Part shown: positions 47,419 through 57,219 of the stretch, piece by piece | Layout of the letters: each line of letters begins with the position of its first letter | Numbering within the stretch: the first letter of the stretch is position 1 | NCBI GenBank assembly: GCA_045863395.1 | Contig: BTVJ01000008.1 | Coordinates: forward strand, 32,001 to 96,000 | Source: Myxococcales bacterium | GTDB lineage: Bacteria > Myxococcota_A > UBA9042 > JABWCM01 > BTVJ01 | Reading direction: 5' to 3' | DNA length: 64,000 bases | Notes under the pieces: model-generated | What the model was told of the DNA's origin: nothing | The model's input: only the letters and a program-made list of their open reading frames with translations | Databases searched by the model: none | Program-made: the position numbers and the translations under genes

Positions 47419-49179
47419 ATGTTCAAGCTCAAGATCAGCCTCTTGTACCTGCTCCTGATCGTGCTGTCCGTGGTCACCGTCTGGTTTGCCGTGGATGCGA
47501 GCTCCCAGGAGGCGGAGGGGCGCCTCGTGACCCGCATCAGGGACGCCTTCCCGTCCTTCGAGAAGATGCGGGAGCTCCAGGAGCTTGGGATGCACGGCGC
47601 CGCCACCGCCATCGCGACCAGCGAGGTGGAGGCCTACCTGAGGACCGTCGAGGACTTCCGGGGCGATCTCGTGGACATCGAGCGCGAGGTCTACTCCCGC
47701 TGGCCCGTCAGCCGCAACCCGCGGGAGGAGGACGCCCAGCGCAAGCTCCGCGAGGACTGGGTCGGCGGCCACACGGACTTCCTGGACCGGTTCACGGAGC
47801 AGCTCGCCAGCCGCGTAGAGGCGGTGCGGGGAGAGGCTGCCTGGGGGAAGCAGACCCGCGAGGAGTTCCTGCGCGAGAAGCGACGCACGCTCCAGGTGTG
47901 CAGCGCCTTCGCCGTCAACAACTGCTTCTTCCAGTTCACGTACTTCCCGCTCAAGGAGGCCACGGAGCGCATCCTGCCCGGCACGGTCGAGGCGTTCCGC
48001 CCGACGCTGGCCATCGTCGTCGACGATCGGGGCGTTGGCTGGGCCCGCTCCGACAACGCCACCTGGTCGGACAAGGTCAAGTTCGGCGAGACCTACCCCA
48101 TCATCCACGTAGCCCGCCGCCAGGGGGTCATGCACGACCTGGTCCTGATGGATGACGGGCTGAGCTACTACTTCGTGACGGTGGTGCCCATCCACACGGG
48201 GGACCGGCACCTGGGCTCCATCATGGTGGGCCTGCCGGTGGACGAGAAGCTCACCCACGAGCTGTCGCGCTCCGTCGGGGCCGATGTGACGCTGGTGCTC
48301 GACGACAAGCCGATCCAGTCGACGTTGAAGGACGCGGACTACGACTCCTTCGTGCGCAAGGCCCTTCGGGGCCTGGCCGGGGAGGACCGCTACCGCATGG
48401 TCCGCTTCGGGGACGACCGCTATGAGGCGGTCTCGTTCTACTACTACCGTCCCGATCGGGCCTCGGAGGCGGCGCTCTCGGGCATGGGGATGATGGTCGA
48501 CCGCAAGATCGAGGACCTGCGGGTCGTGTTGACGGGCGACAAGCACACGGAGCTGGGCGCCTTCACGACGGTCAAGACCCTGATCCCCATCCTGGGCGGC
48601 GTGACCTTCCTCGTGGGGCTCCTGCTGATCCTGCTCCTGATCCGCAACTGGACCGCGTCCTTCGAGCAGATCGAGCAGGGGATCCACGAGGTGATCAATG
48701 GCAACCACGACTACCAGTTCAACTTCCACTACAAGGAGATGCTCGCGGAGTCCATGGCCCAGTCGCTGAACCTGATGGTCGCCGTGCTGACCGGGCGGTC
48801 GCACGACGACGACGCCGAGACCGAGCGCTGGGTGGAGAGCCTGCTCATCGAGGACCGGGAGCACCAGGACGCCGCCGTGGCGGCTGTGCGTCCGGCCGAT
48901 GTCGGGGCGGGCATCCGCACCGGCGGCTTCGGAGAGCGCACCCGCGAGGAGCTGACCCGCGAGCCTGCGGAGCAGTACTACAAGAGGCTCTACTCCGAGT
49001 ACGTGGCCGCGCGGGGGTCCATCGGCGAGAGCAATGACCGGGTGACCTACGTGAAGTTCGTCGAGAAGCTGGTCAAGAACGAGAAGGCGCTCAAGCGCAA
49101 GTATGACTGCCGGATCGTGCGGTTCAACGTGCTGCTCAAGGAGGGGAAGGTGGTGCTGTCCCCGGTGCCCATAGCGTAG
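47419..49179 (+). CDS. Two-TM membrane protein (Cache-like sensor region, HAMP-like linker) with MXAN_5187-type C-terminal domain
   Basis: Two TM helices; LGSIMVGLPVD..GADVTL; C-terminal LYSEYVAAR..GE..VTYVKFVEKL..KYDCRIVRFNVLLKEGKVVL. Confidence 0.72.
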   Translation: MFKLKISLLYLLLIVLSVVTVWFAVDASSQEAEGRLVTRIRDAFPSFEKMRELQELGMHGAATAIATSEVEAYLRTVEDFRGDLVDIEREVYSRWPVSRNPREEDAQRKLREDWVGGHTDFLDRFTEQLASRVEAVRGEAAWGKQTREEFLREKRRTLQVCSAFAVNNCFFQFTYFPLKEATERILPGTVEAFRPTLAIVVDDRGVGWARSDNATWSDKVKFGETYPIIHVARRQGVMHDLVLMDDGLSYYFVTVVPIHTGDRHLGSIMVGLPVDEKLTHELSRSVGADVTLVLDDKPIQSTLKDADYDSFVRKALRGLAGEDRYRMVRFGDDRYEAVSFYYYRPDRASEAALSGMGMMVDRKIEDLRVVLTGDKHTELGAFTTVKTLIPILGGVTFLVGLLLILLLIRNWTASFEQIEQGIHEVINGNHDYQFNFHYKEMLAESMAQSLNLMVAVLTGRSHDDDAETERWVESLLIEDREHQDAAVAAVRPADVGAGIRTGGFGERTREELTREPAEQYYKRLYSEYVAARGSIGESNDRVTYVKFVEKLVKNEKALKRKYDCRIVRFNVLLKEGKVVLSPVPIA

Positions 49180-49194
49180 GCGGAGGGTGGCGCG

Positions 49195-51633
49195 TCAGTC
49201 GTCCGCGAGCCACGCGAGGGTCACGCCGTCTCCGCCGTCCTCCCGCTCGCCGGGGCGCCACTTGCGGACGTAGCGGGAGCGGTCGCACAGCTCACGCACC
49301 GCCTGCTTCATCGCGCCGCTGCCGTGGCCGTGGATCAGCCACAGCCCGGTCCGGCCCTCCAGCAGAGCCTGGTCCATGCGCCGGACGAGCTCCTCCAGCC
49401 CCTCCTCCACGCGGAGCCCGCGCAGGTCCACGGTCCACTCGCTTGTGCGCGGCGGGGCGTCGTCGCCGATCACCGGGGTCAGCGGGGCCTGGACCGCGCG
49501 GCGCTGAGGCGGTGCGGGGGCATCGGGGGGCCAGGCCAGGTTCTCCAGCTCTGTCGTCATGCGGGCGCGGCCGACCACCACCTCGATCTTGCGGGCCGAG
49601 TCCACGCGCCCGACCACCGCGGCGCGGGACAGGCTGCGCACCCACACGCGGGTGCCCTCGGTGAGGCGGCCGAGCTCCTCCGCTCCCAGCGCCTGGGATG
49701 TCGGGGCGTTCGGTGCGGGCGCCTGTGGGTCCACGGCTGCGCGGACGGCGGCCGCGGCTCGGTCGATGCGGCGACGGGCCTCGTCGATGCGGCGCGGGTC
49801 CTTCTCTGCCTGAAGCGCGGCAACGGCCGCCCTGGCGACGTCGCGCGCCTTCTCAAGCTCTCGTAGTACGTCCTTCTGCATCTCACGCGCGATCTCGAGC
49901 CCGCGCTGCTTCATACGGGCACGCTCTGCCTCCACCTCGCGCATGGTCTCGCGCTGCCTCTCCCGCTCCGTGATCGTCGCGGCCCGCTCGGCCGCGAGCG
50001 CCTCGCGCTCCCTCTCGAGGGCGGCCAGAGCGCTCTGGAGCTCCTCGGTCTGCGATCCGATCAGCGCCGTGGCGCGCTCCACCACCCGCGGGTCCATCCC
50101 GAGCTTGCTCGCCATCTCGATGGGTGACGACGAGCCGGGCGTGCCGATGGACAGGCGCCACGTCGGCGTCATCGTCGTCAGGTCGATGCCCACCGAGCCG
50201 TTGCGGAAGCGCCCGTCGCCGAGGGCCATGGTCTTCAGGCGGTCGTAGTGCGTCGTGACGAGCCCCCGCACGCCGCGGGTGGCGAGCGCCTCCAGCACGG
50301 CCATGGCGAGGGCGGCTCCTCCGGTGGGCTCCGTCCCGACCACGATCTCGTCCATGAGGACCAGGGTGTGGTCGTCGGCTGCGTCGAGCACCTCGCCGAG
50401 GAGCTTCAGGTGACCCGAGAAGGTGGAGAGGTCCTGCTCGATGCTGTGCGCGTCGCCAAAGACCGTGAAGATCTGGTCGAAGAGGCCCACCTCGCTGTCC
50501 GCCGCCGCCGGGATGTGCATGCCGGCCATGGTCATGAGCGTGCAGAGCCCGAAGGTGCTGAGCGTGACGCTCTTGCCGCCCGTGTTGGGGCCCGTGACCA
50601 CCAGGAGCTGCCACTGCTCGTGGAGCGGCACGTCATTGGGCACCACGTCCGAGCCCTTGAGGAGCAGGTGGGGGTTCCTGGCGCGGAGCAGGCGCGTGCG
50701 GCCCTGGTCGTTGACGACGGGCGCCGTCGCCTCCATCTCGTGGGCGAGGCGGGCCCGCGCTGCCAGGTGATCCAGTGACGCCAGGACGCGGACCGTCCAC
50801 CGGATGTCCCCCATGCGAGAGACGACGCGCTCCGTGCGGTCCCGCAGGACCAGGTGCTCCTCACGCTCGACGGCGTCGTGGAGCAGCTTCAGCTCGTTGT
50901 TCAGCGGGATGAGGGCCTCGGGCTCGACGAACACCGTCGCCCCCGTCTGGCTGGACCCGTGGATGATGCCCCGGAAGGTGGGCTTCATCGACGACTTGAC
51001 CGGCAGCACGTACCGCCCGTCACGGATGGTGTAGTACGAGTCCTGGAGCACGTCCTCGGCCTCGAGGCTCCCCACGTAGGACTCGAGCTTCGCCCGCACT
51101 CTGCTGCTGGTCGCCACCAGACGCCGTCGGAGGTCGCCCAGCTCCGGGCTCGCGTCGTCACGGATCTGGCCGGCGCCGTCGAAGGTCGTGTGGAGCACGT
51201 GGGCCAGCTCGGACAGGTCGGGCAGCAGCGCTGCTACCTGGAGGCACAGGGGGGCCTGCTCCTCACGGTCGTCGAACCACTCCCAGAGCCGTGAGGCGGC
51301 GGCCAGCGTGTCCGCGATCTTGACGAGGGGCTCCCGGGTGAGGATGCCCTCCTTTCCCGCGCGATCCATCTCTTGCCCCAGCGAGAGGATGCCGCCGAAG
51401 GGGGGGATCGCCCCCGTGTCCCGCAGGGCGCGCAGCTCGCCGACGCGCCCGAGCTCCGCCCGCACGTCCTCGATGCGCGCGAGCAGCGGGGTGCGCAGGG
51501 CGAAGGACGCGCCCTCCTCGGTCGCGCAGCAGGCGGCGAGGCGCTCCAGCAGGCGGCCCCACTTCAGGTCGTCGAGGGCCCGCTGCCCCACTCCGGAGCG
51601 CGGCGGGCTGAGCACATTGGCGTCGGTCTTCAC
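49195..51633 (-). CDS. mutS2: MutS2 (Smr domain) protein
   Basis: IRDDASPEL, GIIHGSSQTGATVFVEP, TGPNTGGKS, SIEQDLSTFSGH, VTTHY, Smr DLRGLRVEE..IHGHGSG..GGDGVT; AGGAGG RBS + GTG. Confidence 0.95.
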   Translation of the reverse strand: MKTDANVLSPPRSGVGQRALDDLKWGRLLERLAACCATEEGASFALRTPLLARIEDVRAELGRVGELRALRDTGAIPPFGGILSLGQEMDRAGKEGILTREPLVKIADTLAAASRLWEWFDDREEQAPLCLQVAALLPDLSELAHVLHTTFDGAGQIRDDASPELGDLRRRLVATSSRVRAKLESYVGSLEAEDVLQDSYYTIRDGRYVLPVKSSMKPTFRGIIHGSSQTGATVFVEPEALIPLNNELKLLHDAVEREEHLVLRDRTERVVSRMGDIRWTVRVLASLDHLAARARLAHEMEATAPVVNDQGRTRLLRARNPHLLLKGSDVVPNDVPLHEQWQLLVVTGPNTGGKSVTLSTFGLCTLMTMAGMHIPAAADSEVGLFDQIFTVFGDAHSIEQDLSTFSGHLKLLGEVLDAADDHTLVLMDEIVVGTEPTGGAALAMAVLEALATRGVRGLVTTHYDRLKTMALGDGRFRNGSVGIDLTTMTPTWRLSIGTPGSSSPIEMASKLGMDPRVVERATALIGSQTEELQSALAALEREREALAAERAATITERERQRETMREVEAERARMKQRGLEIAREMQKDVLRELEKARDVARAAVAALQAEKDPRRIDEARRRIDRAAAAVRAAVDPQAPAPNAPTSQALGAEELGRLTEGTRVWVRSLSRAAVVGRVDSARKIEVVVGRARMTTELENLAWPPDAPAPPQRRAVQAPLTPVIGDDAPPRTSEWTVDLRGLRVEEGLEELVRRMDQALLEGRTGLWLIHGHGSGAMKQAVRELCDRSRYVRKWRPGEREDGGDGVTLAWLADD

Positions 51634-51790
51634 GGTGGCTCCTCCTGGCCCGCGCCACTCTACCTGCGCCCTCGGGCGTGCGCAAAGGGCGCGAGCGTTA
51701 CGTCGCCGCCCCGGTGGCGCGAGCATCTTCCTTGCGCAGGGTGGCGGGCCCCCCTATCATCGGCGGTCGCACCGAACCCCGGAGATCGCC

Positions 51791-52540
51791 ATGCCGGCTC
51801 GCGTCCTCCTGCTCCTCGTCGCGCTCGCGCTCCCCGCGCGCGCCGACGACCTGCAGCTCGTCGGCGTCTCGCCGGATGGCTCCCAGGTGGCGCTCATCGC
51901 CACCACCGCCGACATGCCGCGGGGCTTCCACGAGCACTCCCTGGAGGTGCGCTCGGTCCCGGACGGCAAGCTGCTCACCAGCGCGCCGCTGGTGGCCGCC
52001 TCCGTGCGCTCGCGATGGGCGCGCGCCGGGGAGTTCGAGCTGTATCGACTGGAAGTGGAGCGTGGCCGGCGTGAGGCGCTCGCCCGGGTGCGCGAGCTGG
52101 GCTTCAGCCCTCCCTTGGCTGTGCCGGCCGCCAGCTCGACGGCGTCGGACCCCCGCCACCCGGAGGACCCACCGATGGTCGCGACCCTCCGCCTCGGGGA
52201 CGCGGACATCGACGCGTCGGTGCGGTCGACGGCCACCTCCGCCGCGCTCGTGCTCCGCTCTGGGGATCGCGAGCTGGCCCTCGACCCGCGCCCGGTGGAC
52301 GTGGTCGCCGTGTCCGGGCGCCCTGAGTCCGTCGTGTTTCGCTGGTTCGGGGTGCGCGAGGCCTGGCGGGACCCGGCGGGCCGCTCGCTCCTGCTGGTCG
52401 TAGACACCTTCGTCCCGGTGCAGCCGTCCTTCGCCGCCCGGTCCGTGCTCGTCATGGCCCCCCTCGGCCCCATCGTCGAGGCGCTGGATCTGCCGGTCTC
52501 CATTGCGGGCGGGCTGGCGTCTCCCCCGCTCGTCCCCTGA
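51791..52540 (+). CDS. Secreted hypothetical protein
   Basis: GGAG RBS; signal peptide ending ARA; GVSPDGSQVAL; stop overlaps the next ATG (TGATG). Confidence 0.65.
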   Translation: MPARVLLLLVALALPARADDLQLVGVSPDGSQVALIATTADMPRGFHEHSLEVRSVPDGKLLTSAPLVAASVRSRWARAGEFELYRLEVERGRREALARVRELGFSPPLAVPAASSTASDPRHPEDPPMVATLRLGDADIDASVRSTATSAALVLRSGDRELALDPRPVDVVAVSGRPESVVFRWFGVREAWRDPAGRSLLLVVDTFVPVQPSFAARSVLVMAPLGPIVEALDLPVSIAGGLASPPLVP

Positions 52541-53784
52541 TGCGCCTCGCTGTCCTCGCCCTCGTCTTCGGGGTCGCCACCGTTGCTCACGCGGCCCAGG
52601 TGGAGGTGGTCCCTCCCGGGCAGGAGGGCCTGATCCTCGAGATGCTCGGCAAGGGGGAGGTCCTCCCCGGGGGGTGCCGCCTGCAGGGCGCCAAGGCGCT
52701 GCGCACCTACGTGAGCGCGACCTGGGCCTGTGACGGGGGCGAGGCGATCATCGAGCTGCGGCCCCTGTCGGCGGGCGTCGGGATCACGACCGCCAAGCTC
52801 GCCGTCGTGGCCCGCGGCGCGGTGCCCGAGGGGCTCGCCGACGCCGTCGCGGGGCGGGTCCGCGAGCGGGAGCACCGCTGGCACTGGATGCGGGTGCGCG
52901 CAGAGACGGAGCCCGCGGGGCGCCTCGTGCCCACCGAGCCGCCGCCGCCGTCTGCCGCGGAGGCGCGGGAGCTCGATCCCGCCGTCATGGCGCTCTACGA
53001 GAAGGGCAGGGCGCTCCAGGACGAGGGGCGCCACGACGAGGCCGTCGCGGCCTTCATGGAGGTGGCGCGCAGCAACCCGCGGCTCGGCGGGGTGCTGGGG
53101 ATGATCGTCTCCAACGTGGCGCAGACCCACCCGGACGCAGCGCGGGTGGAGCGGTGGGCGGCCGCCGCGGACGCAGCGCCGGGGGATCCTCTCGCCGCGT
53201 TCGTCGCTGGCGTGGGCGCCCACTACTCCGCCCACTACGGGGCGGCAACCCCGGAGCAGAAGCGGGCGCTCTACGAGCGGGCGGTCGCGTGGCTGGAGCG
53301 GACGGAGACCCCCTACTCCTTCGAGCCGCGGGTGTTCATCTATTTGGCGGTCAGCCACTTCCGCCTCGGGCATCAGGCGCAGGCGGAGGCCCTCATCGAG
53401 CGCGCCATCGCCCTCGACGCCAACGACCCGGACGCCTACTACTGCCGGGCGGAGATCAACCACCGCCGGGATCCCCGCGCCGCCCTGAAGGACCTCGACC
53501 GCTACCTGGAGATGGCGGAGCAGCTCGCCGAGCCCGGCAACCCGGTCGCCGTGGCAAAGACGGACCGCGTCCGCGCCATGAGGTCCCACCTGGAGGACGT
53601 GCTGGCCGGGCGCGCGGCCGCGGACGAGGTCTTCGATCCCCTCGCCGAGACCCACGCGCCGGAGCCGAGCCCCGTGGCCGACGCCCTGCGCTCCTCGCCG
53701 CTGTTCGCGTGGATCATCGTCTTCGCGGCGCTCGTCGCCCTGGCCGTCGCCTGGCGGGCGATGCGGCGGCGCCCCGAGCGATGA
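52540..53784 (+). CDS. Secreted TPR protein with C-terminal TM anchor
   Basis: Signal peptide AHA; TPRs (LYEKGRALQDEGRHDEAVAAF; ERAIALDANDPDAYYCRAEI); C-terminal TM + RRR. Confidence 0.75.
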   Translation: MRLAVLALVFGVATVAHAAQVEVVPPGQEGLILEMLGKGEVLPGGCRLQGAKALRTYVSATWACDGGEAIIELRPLSAGVGITTAKLAVVARGAVPEGLADAVAGRVREREHRWHWMRVRAETEPAGRLVPTEPPPPSAAEARELDPAVMALYEKGRALQDEGRHDEAVAAFMEVARSNPRLGGVLGMIVSNVAQTHPDAARVERWAAAADAAPGDPLAAFVAGVGAHYSAHYGAATPEQKRALYERAVAWLERTETPYSFEPRVFIYLAVSHFRLGHQAQAEALIERAIALDANDPDAYYCRAEINHRRDPRAALKDLDRYLEMAEQLAEPGNPVAVAKTDRVRAMRSHLEDVLAGRAAADEVFDPLAETHAPEPSPVADALRSSPLFAWIIVFAALVALAVAWRAMRRRPER

Positions 53785-55394
53785 TCTCGTCCGCGTCGCT
53801 GGAGGCGGCGCAGGCGCTGGTCGCGGCCGTCGCCCTCGGCCTCTGCGCCGTCGCGCTGCCCGCCGCCCTCGTCGTGGCGGCCCGCCCGTTCCGCGGGCGG
53901 GAGCGCTGGTGGCTCTTTGGCATCGTCGTGGTCGCGGCCACCCTGCGCTGGGTTGCTCCGCTAGAGATGGTGACCGCCTTCGTGGGCTTCAAGCTCACCG
54001 AGCATGCCATCGCGCTCCTGCCCGTCCCCCACTATGGGATTGGGGGCACCGCCCTCTACCACGCCCTCTTCACGGTGCTGCCACCGGACCACGTCACGCT
54101 CATGGCCGCCAACGCCGTGATGGGCGTGCTCGCCGTGCCCCTGGTCGCGGCCTGGGCGGCGTGGCTCTTCGCGGACCGGCGCGCGGGTCTCCTCGCCGCG
54201 GCGCTCGTGGCCGCGACGCCGCTGCTGGTCCGCAACGACACGTCCGATGCGCTCCAGGTCCCGATGCTGCTTGCCCTGGTCGGCGGCGCCACCCTCCTGG
54301 CGAGGCACCTGCGCACAGGCGCCATCGAGCCGCTGCTCGGGTCCGCGCCGCTCCTCCTCCTGGCTGCGATCTGCCGCCCCGAGGGCCCCTTGTTGGTGGG
54401 GCTGTCCAGCGGGGTGACGTTGCTCGCCCGCCCTCCTGGCTCGCCCCCACTGTGGCGCTCGCTGGTCGTCGCCGCGCTGCTGTGCGCGGCTGTGCTGCCC
54501 CACGTCCTGCACTGCATCAACGCCGTGGACGCGCTCCGCCGCCAGAGCGGCCTGCCGGGCTTCGATGGGTCGGAGCTCTCCGTGCTGCCGTGGACGCTGG
54601 TGTTCCGAGACGTCTTGCTCAGGCCCCTGTCCTTCCCTGTCGGGGTGACCGCGCTGGGGGTCGCGGCCCTCGCGCTGCGGGGGCCCGGGAGGCGCCGCGC
54701 GGACGTCGCCCTCGCCGCCGCCGCGCTCCTCGCCGTCGCGGTGACCGTGGTGGACCTGGACGAGGCGAACATCGAGCGGGTGCAGACTCCGGCGGCGCTG
54801 CTGTGGACCGTGCTCGCCGCCGGTGGTGCGGCCCGCTTGGACCGATGGCGCAGGGCGCCGGTGATAGCGCTCGCCCTGGCCCTGGCGACGGCGCTCCCCA
54901 CGGTCGCTCCCCTCTTCGCGGACAGCAACGAGGCGACGGAGGAGCGCCTGATCCGCGCCTCCCTGGAGGCGCTGCCAGATGGTCCCTTCACGCTGGTCCG
55001 CCTGGACGAAGAGGACAGGCGGCTCGACGACCCCGGCTCCACCCACGTCCACTTCCCGGACTATCTCTTTCGCCCGCCGGCGCGCGAGGGGACCCTCCGC
55101 TCGGCCGCATCGTTCCTGGCGGACCCGGACCTCGACGCCGCGTACTTCTTCTGGGGGATGCGCTGCTACGCCCGGTTCCGCACCCGCGGCACGCCCGCGC
55201 CCCACGGAGAGGACACCCACCCCGCGTGCTCGGCGATGCGGGCCCAGCTCGGCCTCGTCCCCGTCGTGGAGTGGGACGCCCCGAACCGCGGAGACGTCCG
55301 GCTGCCCCTCTACGGAGACGCGCCCACGCTGCGGGTCGGACTCTACCGGATCCTCACGGTCGAGCAGGCAGGTGCGAACAGGCTTTCGCGTTGA
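53781..55394 (+). CDS. Polytopic membrane protein, probable GT-C (ArnT/PMT-like) glycosyltransferase
   Basis: ATGA overlap; about 10+ TMs; NAVMGVLAVPLV..AWLF..AGLLAAALVAATP; ICRPE; soluble C-terminal domain. Confidence 0.6.
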   Translation: MISSASLEAAQALVAAVALGLCAVALPAALVVAARPFRGRERWWLFGIVVVAATLRWVAPLEMVTAFVGFKLTEHAIALLPVPHYGIGGTALYHALFTVLPPDHVTLMAANAVMGVLAVPLVAAWAAWLFADRRAGLLAAALVAATPLLVRNDTSDALQVPMLLALVGGATLLARHLRTGAIEPLLGSAPLLLLAAICRPEGPLLVGLSSGVTLLARPPGSPPLWRSLVVAALLCAAVLPHVLHCINAVDALRRQSGLPGFDGSELSVLPWTLVFRDVLLRPLSFPVGVTALGVAALALRGPGRRRADVALAAAALLAVAVTVVDLDEANIERVQTPAALLWTVLAAGGAARLDRWRRAPVIALALALATALPTVAPLFADSNEATEERLIRASLEALPDGPFTLVRLDEEDRRLDDPGSTHVHFPDYLFRPPAREGTLRSAASFLADPDLDAAYFFWGMRCYARFRTRGTPAPHGEDTHPACSAMRAQLGLVPVVEWDAPNRGDVRLPLYGDAPTLRVGLYRILTVEQAGANRLSR

Positions 55395-55420
55395 CACCCC
55401 GATTATCGAGGGGCTAGTGT
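55391..55420 (+). promoter_or_regulatory. Sigma70-type promoter for the phosphonate genes
   Basis: TTGACA-N18-TAGTGT overlapping the GT-C stop codon. Confidence 0.5.
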
Positions 55421-55488
55421 AGCGCCGATTTTCCAGAGGGCCCAGGCTGGGCCCACGCGCTTCGCCGCCGGGCGAGAGGGAGTGAGCG

Positions 55489-57147
55489 ATGTCCAAGGCA
55501 GCCAGTTTTCGCAAGTTGCTCGCGAGTGACGGTCCCATCGTCATCACGGGCGCCCACAATGGAATCTCGGCGAGGCTCGTGGAGGAGGCGGGCTTCGAGG
55601 GAGTCTGGGCCAGCGGCTTCGAGATCAGCGCGTCCTACGCGCTGCCCGACGCCAACATCTTGACGATGGCCGAGAACGTGACCGTGGCCAAGGCGATGAA
55701 CGACGCCTGCACGATCCCGGTCATCGCGGACTGCGACAACGGCTACGGCAACGCCATCAACGTGATCCGGACCGTCCAGGAGTATGAGAAGGCTGGGATC
55801 GCCGGCATCTGCATCGAGGACAACGTCTTCCCGAAGCGCTGCAGCTTCTACGCGGGCGTCAGGCGCGAGCTGGCCCCCGTCGCCGAGCACGCGGGCAAGA
55901 TCCAGGCTGCGAAGGCCGCCCAGAAGGACCCGGACTTCGTGGTCATCGCCCGCACCGAGGCGCTGATCGCCGGGTGGGGCATGGAGGAGGCCCTCAAGCG
56001 CGGCCGCGCCTACGCCGACGCGGGCGCCGACATGGTGCTGATCCACTCGAAGAGCCCGAATCCCGCCGAGGTCATGGACTTTGCGCGCCGCTGGGACCGC
56101 AAGACCCCGCTGGTGTGCGTCCCCACCATCTATAAAGAGGCGACCGTCACCCAGCTCTACGAGGCCGGGTTCAAGATGATCATCTTCGCGAACCACGCGA
56201 TGCGGTCGTCCATCAAGGCGATGCAGGAGGCGCTGAACCACCTGCACACCATGGGCTTCACCGGCTCGGTGGAGGATCGCATCGTCCCGCTGAAGGAGGT
56301 CTACCGCCTCGTCGGCGAGCCGGAGATGAAGGCCAACGAGAAGTGCTTCCTGCCGCCGGACGGCGAGCAGGTGACGGCGATCATCCTCGCGGCGGGCTAT
56401 GAGAAGCAGCTCGGCGCCCTCATCGAGGACCGGCCGAAGAGCATGCTCGACGTGCGGGGCAAGACGATCATCCAGCGCCAGGTCGAGGCCCTCAACGCCG
56501 CGAACATCAAGAACATCGCGGTGGTGCGTGGCTACAAGAAGGAGATGATCGACCTCCCCAACATCCGCACCTACGACAACGAGGACTTCGCGGAGGGCGG
56601 CGAGCTGGGCTCGCTGTTCAGCGCGGCGCCCGAGCTCAAGGGGCGGGTCCTGGTGCTCTACGGCGACATCCTCTTCGACCGCAGCATCGTCGAGAAGCTG
56701 CTCAAGAGCCCCGACGACGTCACCATCGTCGCGGACCGGGCGTGGCGGGACACGCGCGTCGGTCGCCAGGGCGGGCGCCCCGACCTGGTCGCCGAGAAGC
56801 AGGCCCCGCCGGCGGGCATCCGGTACCTGGCGGAGGACGCGACGACCGAGGTCGAGGCCATCGGCGCGTCGCTGGACCCGGAGGCCGCCACCGGCGAGTT
56901 CATCGGCATGATGATGCTGACGGACGCCGCGTGCCGGAAGGTGGAGCAGGTCTACCGCGAGGTGATGGACAAGGCGCCCGCGGGCCGCTTCCACGAGGCG
57001 GAGAGCCTGCGCCGCGCGTCGCTGACGGACCTGCTCCAGGAGCTGATCCACCGGGGCGAGACGGTGGGCGCGGTCGGCATCTACAAGGGCTGGATGGAGG
57101 TCGACACCTTCGAGGACTACCAGCGCGCTTGGGCGACCCTGAAGTAG
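55489..57147 (+). CDS. pepM: Phosphoenolpyruvate mutase-like domain fused to a nucleotidyl(cytidylyl)transferase domain
   Basis: GAHNGISA, WASGF..ALPDAN, DCDNGYGN, IEDNVFPKRCSF, ARTEALIAGWG, GADMVLIHSK, VPTIY, IFANH; C-terminal IILAAG..PKSML..RGYKKE..YGDILF..GWMEVDT. Confidence 0.82.
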   Translation: MSKAASFRKLLASDGPIVITGAHNGISARLVEEAGFEGVWASGFEISASYALPDANILTMAENVTVAKAMNDACTIPVIADCDNGYGNAINVIRTVQEYEKAGIAGICIEDNVFPKRCSFYAGVRRELAPVAEHAGKIQAAKAAQKDPDFVVIARTEALIAGWGMEEALKRGRAYADAGADMVLIHSKSPNPAEVMDFARRWDRKTPLVCVPTIYKEATVTQLYEAGFKMIIFANHAMRSSIKAMQEALNHLHTMGFTGSVEDRIVPLKEVYRLVGEPEMKANEKCFLPPDGEQVTAIILAAGYEKQLGALIEDRPKSMLDVRGKTIIQRQVEALNAANIKNIAVVRGYKKEMIDLPNIRTYDNEDFAEGGELGSLFSAAPELKGRVLVLYGDILFDRSIVEKLLKSPDDVTIVADRAWRDTRVGRQGGRPDLVAEKQAPPAGIRYLAEDATTEVEAIGASLDPEAATGEFIGMMMLTDAACRKVEQVYREVMDKAPAGRFHEAESLRRASLTDLLQELIHRGETVGAVGIYKGWMEVDTFEDYQRAWATLK

Positions 57148-57154
57148 GCGGAAG

Positions 57155-57185
57155 GAGCCCGGCCCGCAGGCGCGCGGCCGGGCTC
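57155..57185 (+). other. Perfect 10-bp GC hairpin directly after the pepM stop
   Basis: GAGCCCGGCC-N11-GGCCGGGCTC; no U-tract. Confidence 0.6.
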
Positions 57186-57219
57186 TCCGGACCTCACCCA
57201 GAACCGCCAGGAGGTGCTC

